In this document: positions 19,858 to 29,039 of the stretch, piece after piece
How positions within the stretch are numbered: position 1 is the first letter of the stretch
Layout: each line of letters begins with the position of its first letter
Assembly (NCBI GenBank): GCA_963674755.2
Contig: CAXXVS010000001.1
Location: forward strand, 768,001-832,000
DNA length: 64,000 nucleotides
Source of the DNA: Desulfobacterales bacterium
GTDB lineage: Bacteria > Desulfobacterota > Desulfobacteria > Desulfobacterales > UBA5852
Direction: 5' to 3'
Notes under the pieces: model-generated
Told to the model about the DNA's origin: nothing
Database searches by the model: none
The model's input: only the letters and a program-made list of their open reading frames with translations
Translations under genes and position numbers: made by a program

Positions 19858-21333
19858 TCAGGATGATGTTTTGGCAGAGGTTACACGCCCCTTCCGTTTC
19901 CCCTGGCGCCAAACGGTGGCGTGGTCGTGATCCCGGAGACGAACGCCGTCCTCCTCCAGACGTCTTCGCAAGCGATCGGCCGTGCGCCAATCGCCGGCCT
20001 GCCGGGCCGACTGGCGACGGGCCACCAGGCGTTCGACAACCGGACGCGGGAGTTCAGGAGCGCAGGTGCTGGGGGGCAGACGGCGATAGCCCTCCAGCGG
20101 CGTCTGCAAGAGCCCGAGCACATGCCGCGTCAAGTAGATGAAATCGGTCGCCGTATCCGCCACCGTGCGCCGGAAGGTGTTGCAGCGCATCGGTCCCGCC
20201 GCATCCAGGGCCCGGTTGATTTCCCGCATGGTTTCGAAGACCACCGCCAGGCCACCGGGCACATTGTCGTCCAGGGCCAGTTGGCCGCTGAAGCGCTGCC
20301 AGAGACGGCTTCCACAGGGCACCGACGGATCGCATGCCCCCATCCAGGCCTGCAAGCGCCCCGCCAGGGTATAAAAACGGTCCAACTGACGTGCGGCTTG
20401 CCCCAGCGCGTTTGCGCTGAAGGGGAGATCGCGTCGATAATGGCGTGACAGGAGAAAAAGACGCACCGCCTCGGGATGATAAGCGGCCAGAAGATCTTCC
20501 AGCGGCGGGGCATTGCCTTTGGACTTGGCCATTTTGACGTGTCCCACCGTAACCATGCCGTGATGGAGCCAGATATCGGCCGGCGGTTGGCCGAAGGCGG
20601 CGCGGGATTGAAGGATTTCATTGGCGTGGTGGGGGAATCGCAGATCGCAGCCCCCGCCGTGGATGTCGAAGGGGATGTCCAGCAGGGTGTGGCTCATGGC
20701 CGTGCACTCGATGTGCCAGCCGGGGCGGCCCGGTCCCCAGGGGCTCTCCCAGAAGGGCTCCCCGTTCTGGCGCCCCTTCCAGAGGGCGAAGTCGTGCGGG
20801 TGACGTTTGTCCACGTCGACCGGCGGGCCGCTATTCACCGGACGGGCATCTGCTTCCGGTTGCCAGGCGATCGGGCCGGAGTCTCCAAGGCTGTGGGACG
20901 AAAAATAGATTGACCCGCCACGGCGGTAGGCATGGCCGCGCTGCAAGATGCGGGCGATGACCGCCTGGCAGGCGCCGACATAATCGGTTGCCCGGGGGGC
21001 GGCATGGGGCGGCCGTACGTTCAGGGCGGCCATGGCCGTGTCGTATTCGCGGCCATAGCGCTCGGCCACGCGGCGGTAGTCCTGGTCGCCCTCCCGGGCG
21101 CGCCGCAGAATCTTGTCGTCGATATCGGTGATATTGCGCACCAGGGTGACATCGTATCCGACGGCTTCCCAAAAGCGGCGGAAGACGTCGAAGATTACCG
21201 CCGAACGGGCGTGACCGAGGTGGGGTGCCGCATAGACCGTCGGTCCGCAGACATAGATCCCCAGATGCCGGGCTTTGCGGGGCCGCAGGTCCTCCATTTC
21301 CCGGGAGAAGGAATTATAGAACCGCAGGTTCAC
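19858..21333 (-). CDS. cysS: Cysteine--tRNA ligase paralogue (CysRS*-like)
   Basis: YVCGPTVY, HLGH, NITDIDDK, DFALWK, GRPGWHIEC, FPHHANE and KMAKS motifs; diverged. The GTG start overlaps the selB 3' end. Confidence 0.92.
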   Translation of the reverse strand: MNLRFYNSFSREMEDLRPRKARHLGIYVCGPTVYAAPHLGHARSAVIFDVFRRFWEAVGYDVTLVRNITDIDDKILRRAREGDQDYRRVAERYGREYDTAMAALNVRPPHAAPRATDYVGACQAVIARILQRGHAYRRGGSIYFSSHSLGDSGPIAWQPEADARPVNSGPPVDVDKRHPHDFALWKGRQNGEPFWESPWGPGRPGWHIECTAMSHTLLDIPFDIHGGGCDLRFPHHANEILQSRAAFGQPPADIWLHHGMVTVGHVKMAKSKGNAPPLEDLLAAYHPEAVRLFLLSRHYRRDLPFSANALGQAARQLDRFYTLAGRLQAWMGACDPSVPCGSRLWQRFSGQLALDDNVPGGLAVVFETMREINRALDAAGPMRCNTFRRTVADTATDFIYLTRHVLGLLQTPLEGYRRLPPSTCAPELPRPVVERLVARRQSARQAGDWRTADRLRRRLEEDGVRLRDHDHATVWRQGKRKGRVTSAKTSS

Positions 21334-23254
21334 CGTTGGTCTTCTCCTTCAATACCCGTTCGTTGCCCTGACGGATGGTGAAGCCGACCTGGTCCAGATA
21401 TTCAAACACGGGCACCGCGCCCATACGGCCATATCCCAGCAGCCCTTTGCTATCGGCAAGACGAAGACCGCCCTGGTGGCGGATTTGATGCCGGATGCGC
21501 GCCTTGATCGTCTCCAGGGCGGCCGGCGTGAGAAACCGTCCGTTGTTCAGACGAATCATTTTCTGCTGGCGCACAAGATAGGAAAGGACCTTTTGCAGCT
21601 CGGCTTTGGCGATCGCCACGGTACACGCCCTGAGAAGGGTCGCTTCGCTGAACGGACAGAGGCCGATGCCCTCGGCGGCCGCCAGAGCGTGATCCAGGAG
21701 GTGGGTCCGGCGGGCGTCGGACACGGCCAGGGATGCAGTCAGACGGTAGTGGCCGTCGCTTTTTTCGAGCTTGCCGCTTCGCACCAGATCGGCAAGGAGG
21801 CTGCCCAGCAGCACGGGATCCATTCCGGGGGGCAGGCCGTCTTTGATTTCAGCGGCTGCCAGCCCCCGATGGAAGGGGTCTTGTTCCAGGGCGGAGGCGA
21901 CGTTGGCCAGGATGACGTCGCGATGACGGTCATAGTGATCCTTCCGGATGGCACCGTGGCCCTTAACGTAGACGAGATCGCCGCGATGGACCCGGGCATT
22001 GACTTCAGCCTCCAGAGGACCGCCGGGCAGGCCGGTGGCGTCGGCCAGATCCTGGGCGGACAGAAGACGATGCGCGTTTTTTTGCAAAAGAACATCGGCA
22101 CAGGCCGGGATATCACGCGCTTCCAGCGCCTCCAGAAAGGGAACGACGGCGTCGTGTTTGGCGGGCCGGTATTTCTGCCGTGTCCGTTCCAGCAGAATCC
22201 CGCCGCCCAAAACCTGGTTGCGGTTCAGGAGGGCGATGACGAAGGCCTCGCCTAAAGCAGCGTTCAACGGTTCGGCAAGACGAAACTGTACCAGACCCTT
22301 TTGACCTGCCCGCAGGTGCACCCGGCCCATCAGATGGGTCGTGGCCTGGTGAACGGCCGTGCCCACATAGAGTTTGACCCTTTGACCGTGCTTCAAAACG
22401 CCCTGGGGGGCGGATCGCATGCGCAGGGCGGCATTGTAGAGACGGCTGCCGGGGTGCGCGCCCGGAGAGGCCAGCAGCATGCCCCGGGCGATGGCGGCGA
22501 GCGGAATTTTGGGCAGGTTGATGCCCACCCGCTGGCCGCCTACCGCCGAGGTGACCCGGCCGCCGTGGCATTCCATGGAACGGACCCTGGCCGGGATCCC
22601 GGCGGGCAGGATTTCGAGTTCCTGGCCTTCATGAACGCCGCCCCCGGCCACGGTGCCGCTGACCACGGTACCGATCCCGGCCAGCTGCCGCACCTGATCG
22701 ATCCAGAGCCGGAAGGGGCCCGGATGAGAATCCCGGGGCAGGCGTGCGATTTCTTCCCTGAGGGCGTGGGTGATGATGTCGATGTCCGGAGGCTGGCGGT
22801 TCGAAAATGACAGCATCGGTTTGCCCGCGAGAAACGTCCCCTCAAGCAGGTCTTCCAGCTCAAGCTTGGCAATTTCGACGGTTTCCGGGTCCACTAGGTC
22901 GGTTTTGCTGAGGACGACCAGCCCGCCCCGGGTTCCGAAATACTGGAGAATGTCCAGGTGCTCCCGGGTCTGGGGCATGACCCCGTCATCGGCGGCGACC
23001 ACCAGCAGGGCCAGATCCACCCTGTGCAAGCCGCGGATGGCGTTTTTCAGAAAATCCACATGGCCCGGGACATCAACCAGGGCCAGGCCCACATCGGCGA
23101 AAACCGACCAGGCCGCGATGCCGGCTTCGATGGACAGGCCGCGGCGTTTCTCCTCCGGATTGCGGTCCGTATCGATGCCGGTAAGGTGTTTGACGAGGGT
23201 CGTTTTGCCGTGATCCACATGTCCGGCCACACCGATCGTAAGGTAGTGTCTCAT
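21314..23254 (-). CDS. selB: SelB-family elongation factor, diverged (SelB*-like)
   Basis: GHVDHGKT, EEKRRGLSI, DVPGH, DDGVMPQTREHL and C-terminal winged helix VFEYLDQVGFTIRQGNER. Confidence 0.93.
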   Translation of the reverse strand: MRHYLTIGVAGHVDHGKTTLVKHLTGIDTDRNPEEKRRGLSIEAGIAAWSVFADVGLALVDVPGHVDFLKNAIRGLHRVDLALLVVAADDGVMPQTREHLDILQYFGTRGGLVVLSKTDLVDPETVEIAKLELEDLLEGTFLAGKPMLSFSNRQPPDIDIITHALREEIARLPRDSHPGPFRLWIDQVRQLAGIGTVVSGTVAGGGVHEGQELEILPAGIPARVRSMECHGGRVTSAVGGQRVGINLPKIPLAAIARGMLLASPGAHPGSRLYNAALRMRSAPQGVLKHGQRVKLYVGTAVHQATTHLMGRVHLRAGQKGLVQFRLAEPLNAALGEAFVIALLNRNQVLGGGILLERTRQKYRPAKHDAVVPFLEALEARDIPACADVLLQKNAHRLLSAQDLADATGLPGGPLEAEVNARVHRGDLVYVKGHGAIRKDHYDRHRDVILANVASALEQDPFHRGLAAAEIKDGLPPGMDPVLLGSLLADLVRSGKLEKSDGHYRLTASLAVSDARRTHLLDHALAAAEGIGLCPFSEATLLRACTVAIAKAELQKVLSYLVRQQKMIRLNNGRFLTPAALETIKARIRHQIRHQGGLRLADSKGLLGYGRMGAVPVFEYLDQVGFTIRQGNERVLKEKTNGEPAVL

Positions 23255-23273
23255 GGGTTCCGTGGCATCGGGA

Positions 23274-23365
23274 TGGAAGGGGCAAGGGGAATCGAACCTC
23301 CTCCTCGTTGTTCAGACGAGGCCGACGGTTTTGAAGACCGCGGGGTGCCCAGCACCATTGCCCCT
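23274..23365 (-). tRNA. Non-canonical UCA-anticodon tRNA with Cys identity (selC*-type tRNA-Cys(UCA))
   Basis: Minus strand reads AGGGGCAATGGTGCTGGGCACCCCGCGGTCTTCAAAACCGTCGGCCTCGTCTGAACAACGAGGAGGAGGTTCGATTCCCCTTGCCCCTTCCA. It folds into an 8-bp acceptor stem (A1:U72), D-arm GGTGC/GCACC, anticodon loop CT-TCA-AA, variable arm CCTCGT/ACGAGG and T-stem GG(A)GG/CCCC. Discriminator is U, and CCA is encoded. Confidence 0.9.
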
Positions 23366-23543
23366 TCAAGGGAAGATAAAAAGATGAGGACCGGCAGGGG
23401 GTGAATCTATACCCATATGCGGTGAAGCATCTTCCATACCGATCCGCACGCGCTACTCACACGGGAAGCGTAGGTGTGGGGCGCTCAGGTGAAGCCGGTA
23501 TGGAGATACATAAGATGCTCCGACGAGTGCAGACTATTTAGTA

Positions 23544-23890
23544 TTAATCTAAACCCTCCACCTATGGTGGAGGCCCCGGAGAGGTTTTGCCGATCCAGGG
23601 TGGCTTTACATCAATGGGAGCCTTCATTTTCTTTCTCGTGAAAGAAAACGGAAGCAATCACGCCTCGGCGTGACAGGCTTCAAACGCCCGTGTCCCGCTT
23701 AACCCTGCGCGTCGTCGACACGGCCGGAGCGCGCGGAAACTCGCTTCGCTCAGACAGTCCGCGCGCTTTTATCCGGCCGCATCGCCGATGCTCGGCGCGG
23801 GACAAAGGGAAATTCAAAACCAAAACCTCAAAGACTGTTTTCAAGCCCCCTTCGGGGGGCTTCCTGAGGCCTCCCACTAGGCGGGAGGAT
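23544..23890. repeat. Structured dispersed repeat, family R1
   Basis: TTAATCTAAACCCTCCACCTAT.GTGGAGG...AACTCGCTTCGCTCAGACAGTCCGCGCGCTTT... is colinear with 36791-37141. Confidence 0.85.
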
Positions 23891-23906
23891 AACCACCGTT
23901 GGCGGA

Positions 23907-24052
23907 AAGCGGCGTTTTCGCCTCCTGTCGGTCTTCGGCGCAGCCGGGCTGCGCCTGTGGGCACCCACAGTTGAAGAATCAATCAGATGGGAAGCCCAGC
24001 ACTGTGCGGCGGGACCAGAAACCAAAATCTGCCACTTCTGGATGGACACTAG
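23907..24052. repeat. Truncated R2-family element
   Basis: Shares CGCCTCCTGTCGGTC.TCGGCG.AGCCGGGCT.CGCCTG and the right end TGGATGGACACT with 5743-5887. Shares AGAATCAATCAGATGGGAAG with 41119-41311. Confidence 0.7.
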
Positions 24053-24183
24053 TTTGCATTGTAGAAGAGCGTACATCAATGCGTCAAACAGATTATTCCG
24101 ATCCATCTGCCTGTTCCAATAGACAAAATGGATGGAGCCAGGCGCGGGCCTTGCCTGCGGATCAGGCAAGGCGGCGCACCGAC

Positions 24184-25020
24184 TCAGAATTCGAACCGGC
24201 TGCCGGCCGAGGCCTGCCGGAAACGCTGGCCGAAATGGCGGGCCAGGATCATTCCGGCCTGGGGGCCGGTGCAGTGGGAGACGCCCACCAGTTCGACCTT
24301 GAAATCCTCGAAGGCCGCGATAACGTCCTGGATCTGCTCCGGCGCGTAGAACATGAGGTGGGTGCCCCCCAGGACGGCATGCAGCCGGTCGATGCCGAAT
24401 TTCTCCTTCACGTGGTCGAGGATGTTGAGCACCCCGCCGTGGGCGCATCCCAGGACCAGGACCGCTCCTGAGGGGGTTTCCAGCAGGAGGTTGGCATCCT
24501 CGGCGATGGGGTCCGGCACAAGGTCTTCGCCCTGGGCCAGCAGCAGCTGGCGGTCGCCGGGGGTTTTCTCCGGATGGCGGGTATACCCGGTGAGGAAATG
24601 AAACCCCGGCGCAATGGGGCCGGTGGCCTCCCGGAATTCGAATTCAGCCCCGGCCGCTTCCAGTTCCTCCCGGCTCTCGGGCGGTCCGATGAAGCGGGGG
24701 GCCACGGCCGGGTCCGGCGACAGGCGCGCCATGTGCCGGGCGAAGACCGACGGGTGGGCGATGATCTTCCTGGGGCCGGTTTGTTCCAGCACCCAGGCCA
24801 GTCCGCCCGTATGGTCGAAATGGCCGTGGCTCAACAGGATGGCGGCGATGTCGGCCAGCGGGATGCCGCCGCTGCGGACATTGTGCGGCAGGGTATGGCC
24901 CTGGCCGGTGTCGAAAAGGAACGTTTGGCCGTCGTGCTCGATGAGGGCGGCAAAGCCGTGTTCCCCCAGAAAGTCCATCCGGCCGATGTTGTTGTCACAC
25001 AGGATTTGAACGGTGGTCAT
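24184..25020 (-). CDS. MBL-fold metallo-hydrolase (MJ0448-like)
   Basis: GEHGFA, LFDTG, SHGHFDHTGG, GCAHGG, GGTHL and SHCTG motifs. Confidence 0.88.
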   Translation of the reverse strand: MTTVQILCDNNIGRMDFLGEHGFAALIEHDGQTFLFDTGQGHTLPHNVRSGGIPLADIAAILLSHGHFDHTGGLAWVLEQTGPRKIIAHPSVFARHMARLSPDPAVAPRFIGPPESREELEAAGAEFEFREATGPIAPGFHFLTGYTRHPEKTPGDRQLLLAQGEDLVPDPIAEDANLLLETPSGAVLVLGCAHGGVLNILDHVKEKFGIDRLHAVLGGTHLMFYAPEQIQDVIAAFEDFKVELVGVSHCTGPQAGMILARHFGQRFRQASAGSRFEF

Positions 25021-25351
25021 GTCGGCCTCCCTTGAGCTGGCATCCACGCCGGCATCGGGGCTTTGATAAAACCGGTTGCCCTGGAACTGCCCGTGCCGTT
25101 TGATGCCGCAGTTGAAAGTCCATGGGAATGAATGAGATATAGTTCGATTCAGCGAACGGCGTCAACGGGTATTCGCAATCCGGCGATATCCCCGGCACCT
25201 GGCGTCCATGACTTGCAAAATACTTCCGCTATGACTAAGCTTGATGAACGCGTAAAGCACTCAAGATCAACGCTTGCGATGCCAATCCATCCGACGGCGG
25301 TTGCCTGCCGGCTTTACCGCGGTGTGGCCTAATCCATAATAAAGGAGATCC

Positions 25352-26743
25352 ATGGTGAAGACATATGACGTGGTGGTCGTGGGAACCGGCTCGGGCGGAC
25401 AGACGGCCGCCTACACGCTGATGGAATACGGGCTGTCCGTGGCCGTGGTCGAGGACAGCCCGACCCCGGGCGGCATCTGCGCCCTGGCCGGCTGCCAGGC
25501 CAAGAAATGGTATTATGAAGCCACCGAACTCATGGCCCGGGCCCGGCACCTGGAAGGCAAGGGGCTGGTCCGCCCGCCGGAAATGGACTGGGCGGCCATC
25601 CGCAGGGAGAAACGCGCCTTCACCGACCCGATCCCCGCTGCCACCCGCAAGGGTTTGGAGGGGGCGGGCATCGATTTTATCACCGGCACGGCCGCTTTCA
25701 GCGGGCCGGATACCCTCGCCGTAAACGGGGATTCGGTGCAGGGGAAGTACTTCGTCCTGGCCACCGGGGCCCATCCCATGCCGCTGCCCTTCCCGGGCGC
25801 CGGGCACCTGATCACCAGCAGCGATTTCCTGGAGCTCGAGCGCCTGCCACCCCGTCTGGTGTTTGTGGGCGGGGGCTTTATCTCCTTCGAGTTTGCCCAT
25901 TTTGCGGCGCGCCTGGGCCCGGCGGAACGGGTCGTGATCCTGGAAGCGGCGCCGCGTCCCCTGGGGCCCTTCGATGCCGAGATGGTGGCGCACCTAGTGG
26001 CCGCCTCCCGGGCCGAGGGGATCGAAATCCACACCGATGTGCAGCTGACCGAGGTGGAAAAAAACGGCGACGGATTTGTGGTGCGGACCGAAGGCGGTGA
26101 CGTTTTCGAGGCCGACCTGGTGGTGCACGGGGCCGGCCGGGTGCCCTCAATCGAGCGTTTGCATCTGGAAAAGGCCCAGGTGGATTACAGCAAGCGCGGC
26201 ATTTGCGTAGACAGCGCAATGCGAACCGCCAACCCTCGGGTTTTCGCCGTGGGCGACTGTGCGGCAACCATCCAGTTGGCGCGGGTGGCGGACTACGAAG
26301 CCTATGTGGCCGTCAAGAATATTCTAGCGGAAGTGGAAGGTGGGGCCGGCGCTAAAGTGGATTACCGGAACGTGCCGACCGTTCTGTTTAGCTACCCCCA
26401 GTATGCCATGGTGGGGGCCACCGAAGCGACCCTGCAAGATGACGGCATCCGCTATTATAAGAACGCGGACTTCAATCTGGGGTGGCCGACCTATCGGCGG
26501 GTGGGGATGACACAGGCCGCCTACAAAGTGATGGTGGACGACGACAACCGTATTTTGGGCGCCCACATCATCTCCGACAACGCTTCCGGCCTGATCAATA
26601 GTTTCAAACAGGCCATGCACGATCATCGCAGCGTGGAAGATCTCTACTGGGAGCATGTGATGACACCCTATCCCTCGCGGGAGAGCGACATCATCTACAT
26701 GTTGAAGCCATTTTTCGAGGACGATCTGCTGGCCGGTCTATGA
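25352..26743 (+). CDS. Pyridine nucleotide-disulfide oxidoreductase (glutathione reductase-like)
   Basis: GTGSGG, GGICALAGCQAKK (CxxxxC), GGGFIS and VFAVGD motifs. Confidence 0.9.
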   Translation: MVKTYDVVVVGTGSGGQTAAYTLMEYGLSVAVVEDSPTPGGICALAGCQAKKWYYEATELMARARHLEGKGLVRPPEMDWAAIRREKRAFTDPIPAATRKGLEGAGIDFITGTAAFSGPDTLAVNGDSVQGKYFVLATGAHPMPLPFPGAGHLITSSDFLELERLPPRLVFVGGGFISFEFAHFAARLGPAERVVILEAAPRPLGPFDAEMVAHLVAASRAEGIEIHTDVQLTEVEKNGDGFVVRTEGGDVFEADLVVHGAGRVPSIERLHLEKAQVDYSKRGICVDSAMRTANPRVFAVGDCAATIQLARVADYEAYVAVKNILAEVEGGAGAKVDYRNVPTVLFSYPQYAMVGATEATLQDDGIRYYKNADFNLGWPTYRRVGMTQAAYKVMVDDDNRILGAHIISDNASGLINSFKQAMHDHRSVEDLYWEHVMTPYPSRESDIIYMLKPFFEDDLLAGL

Positions 26744-26795
26744 ACCCCGACGTTGTCTGCAAAGGGTCTAACAACCCAAAGAAAGGTTCCCTTCT

Positions 26796-28886
26796 GTGAA
26801 GCGAAGCTGCCGCCTTATTACCGCAATGATCCTCCTGGTGGCGCTGTTCTGCCCGGTCGTGCTGTCGGCGGACAAGCCCGAGGCGGCGCCCGCCAAAAAA
26901 CCGGCCATCGGCATCGCCGATTCCATGGGCGATGCCATGCTGAAACAGGCGACCGAGGTGCAGGCGGATATCGCCCGGGAAGCCCGCTCGCTTTTTGAGC
27001 GACAGCCGCTGGGATGGGATCTGAAGACCCTTGGCACCATTTACCATTGGGCCCTCGATCTTCCGCCGCATATTCCCGACTTCATTGCGCTGGTGATCCA
27101 GCACAGCCGGTTGCTGGGGGTGGCCGGCTCCCTGATCATGCTGGTGTTTATCGTGGCCGTGTTCTACAGCCTGATCGGCCAGCGCCGCGTGCTGCGGCGC
27201 ATCGAACGCCGGGTGGAACCCTGGCGGGGCAAAATCCCGGAAAAGGTATATCCCTTTGTCCTATCGGGGCTGCGAACCATCGTGGCCGCCCTGATCCCCC
27301 TGATGCTGCTGGCCGCCTACAGCCTGGTCAATGCCCTCGTTCACTATGAGGCCGTGTGGTTCATCGTTCTCGGACGTCTCTTCATCCTATGGGCGGCCGG
27401 GGCCCTGGTGCTCAACCTGCTGCGGGAATCCCTCACACGGGACCTGTTCGCGGTTACCCGGGAATACGGCCGCTCCGTTTATCGACTGGTGCGGCTGGTG
27501 CTGTTCTACTCCCTGGCGGGGAGCGCCATCTTCTGGTGCGCCAAGGCATTCCGGCTGCCGGACGATGTGCTGGCGTTCGCACGCTTTGTGATCGCCCTGT
27601 CGATCGTCTTCCTCCTGTTTCTGCTGCACCTCAAGAAGAAGGCCCTGCTTTCCTTCCTGCCCAGTTTCCCCTATCCTTTCTATCGGGCCTTCCAACGCTT
27701 CCTCCAGCGCTACTATTACGCCATCGTGGGGGTGATGCTCCTGGCGGCCCTGCTGTGGTGCTTCGGCTACGTGAACCTGGGCCGCGTGGTCATCGTCAAG
27801 GTCTGGTCTTCAGGCGTCGCTTTTGTCCTGATTATGCTGGCCTACCATGGCCTCCGCACGGCCTTGCAGCACCGCACCCAAAGGCTGCCGCATCGCGACG
27901 AGGCCGGCCATGCCCTGCTGCGCTCCCTGAACAATCTGCTGCTCTACGCCACAGTGCTGTCCACGCTGTTCGTGGTGCTGAACCTTTTGGGGCTTCTATC
28001 GATTCTGCAACTGGCCATGTCGATTCCGGTGCTCGTCCTGGCCGGGGCCACCATTACCTTCTGGACCATTGTGAGCGTCGTCGTCATATTGATGGCGTTC
28101 TTTTATGCCTCCCGGCTCCTGCGGGCCTACCTGGACTACCGGGTTTACCCCCAACTGGGCATCGACCAGGGGCTGGGCTACGTGCTCAACACCTTGCTCA
28201 ACTATGTGTTTCTGGGCATCGGGCTCCTGATCTCCCTGCGGCTCGTGGGGCTCGATCTGCGGCTGCTGCTGGTTTTCGCCGGCGCCGTCGGTATCGGGGT
28301 CGGGCTGGGGCTGCAAAGCCTGGCGGCCAACATCATCAGCGGCTTCATCATCATTTTCGGCGGCAAGGTCCGCAAGGGCGACTGGATCGAGGTGGGCGGC
28401 ACGCTGGGGGAGGTGACCGACATCTATTTGGGAACGGCCAAAATCCGCACACGGGACAATGTCGAATATTTGATCCCCAATGCCCAGCTGGTGACCAGCA
28501 CCATCATCAACTACTCCCTTTCCTCGGCGTTCATCAGGATGGATCTGGCCGTGGGCGTCAGCTATAGCGCCGATCCCCGGCAGGTGGAGAAAATTTTGGT
28601 GGATGCGGCCGCCCGGGACCCCCTGGTATCGGATTACCGCACCCCCAGCGTGCGCTTCGTGGGGTACGGCGACAACAGCATCAACTTCGAGCTGCTCTTC
28701 TGGATCGATGTGCGCCATACGGCCCGGCGCCTGGTGCGCAGCGATCTCTATTTTGCGGTATTCGAAGCGCTCCAGGCCGCCGGCATCGAAATCCCCTTTC
28801 CCCAGCGGGATCTGCACATCCGCAGCGGGCTGGACATGGCGAAGCCGACGCCGGGCAGTGACACGGCTGGGAAGCCGGAAGAATGA
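26796..28886 (+). CDS. Mechanosensitive channel, MscS family (large)
   Basis: GIGVGLGLQSLAANIISG, GDWIEV, IPNAQL and GIEIPFPQRDLH motifs. Confidence 0.92.
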   Translation: MKRSCRLITAMILLVALFCPVVLSADKPEAAPAKKPAIGIADSMGDAMLKQATEVQADIAREARSLFERQPLGWDLKTLGTIYHWALDLPPHIPDFIALVIQHSRLLGVAGSLIMLVFIVAVFYSLIGQRRVLRRIERRVEPWRGKIPEKVYPFVLSGLRTIVAALIPLMLLAAYSLVNALVHYEAVWFIVLGRLFILWAAGALVLNLLRESLTRDLFAVTREYGRSVYRLVRLVLFYSLAGSAIFWCAKAFRLPDDVLAFARFVIALSIVFLLFLLHLKKKALLSFLPSFPYPFYRAFQRFLQRYYYAIVGVMLLAALLWCFGYVNLGRVVIVKVWSSGVAFVLIMLAYHGLRTALQHRTQRLPHRDEAGHALLRSLNNLLLYATVLSTLFVVLNLLGLLSILQLAMSIPVLVLAGATITFWTIVSVVVILMAFFYASRLLRAYLDYRVYPQLGIDQGLGYVLNTLLNYVFLGIGLLISLRLVGLDLRLLLVFAGAVGIGVGLGLQSLAANIISGFIIIFGGKVRKGDWIEVGGTLGEVTDIYLGTAKIRTRDNVEYLIPNAQLVTSTIINYSLSSAFIRMDLAVGVSYSADPRQVEKILVDAAARDPLVSDYRTPSVRFVGYGDNSINFELLFWIDVRHTARRLVRSDLYFAVFEALQAAGIEIPFPQRDLHIRSGLDMAKPTPGSDTAGKPEE

Positions 28887-29039
28887 GATCAGCCCCGCGG
28901 CCGCCCAAATCTGAGGGATGAGGCCACTTCCCAATCCAGGGTCATGGCGCCTTCTCAGGATGGCTTGGAAGAGGATTGCTGCATGCAAATCTAACCGGTT
29001 GGCAATGCGGTCTTAACAGGCGGTCCCTATTTTCCGCAT

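Noticed and set aside
23274..23365. Canonical tRNA-Sec (selC)
   Set aside because: It has U73 instead of G73, A1:U72, a 4-bp bulged T-stem, and linkage to cysS rather than selA.
23680..23982. ORFs within R1 repeats (also 57..437, 130..336, 36796..37053, 37328..37519)
   Set aside because: They lie in palindromic non-coding repeats with inconsistent frames between copies.
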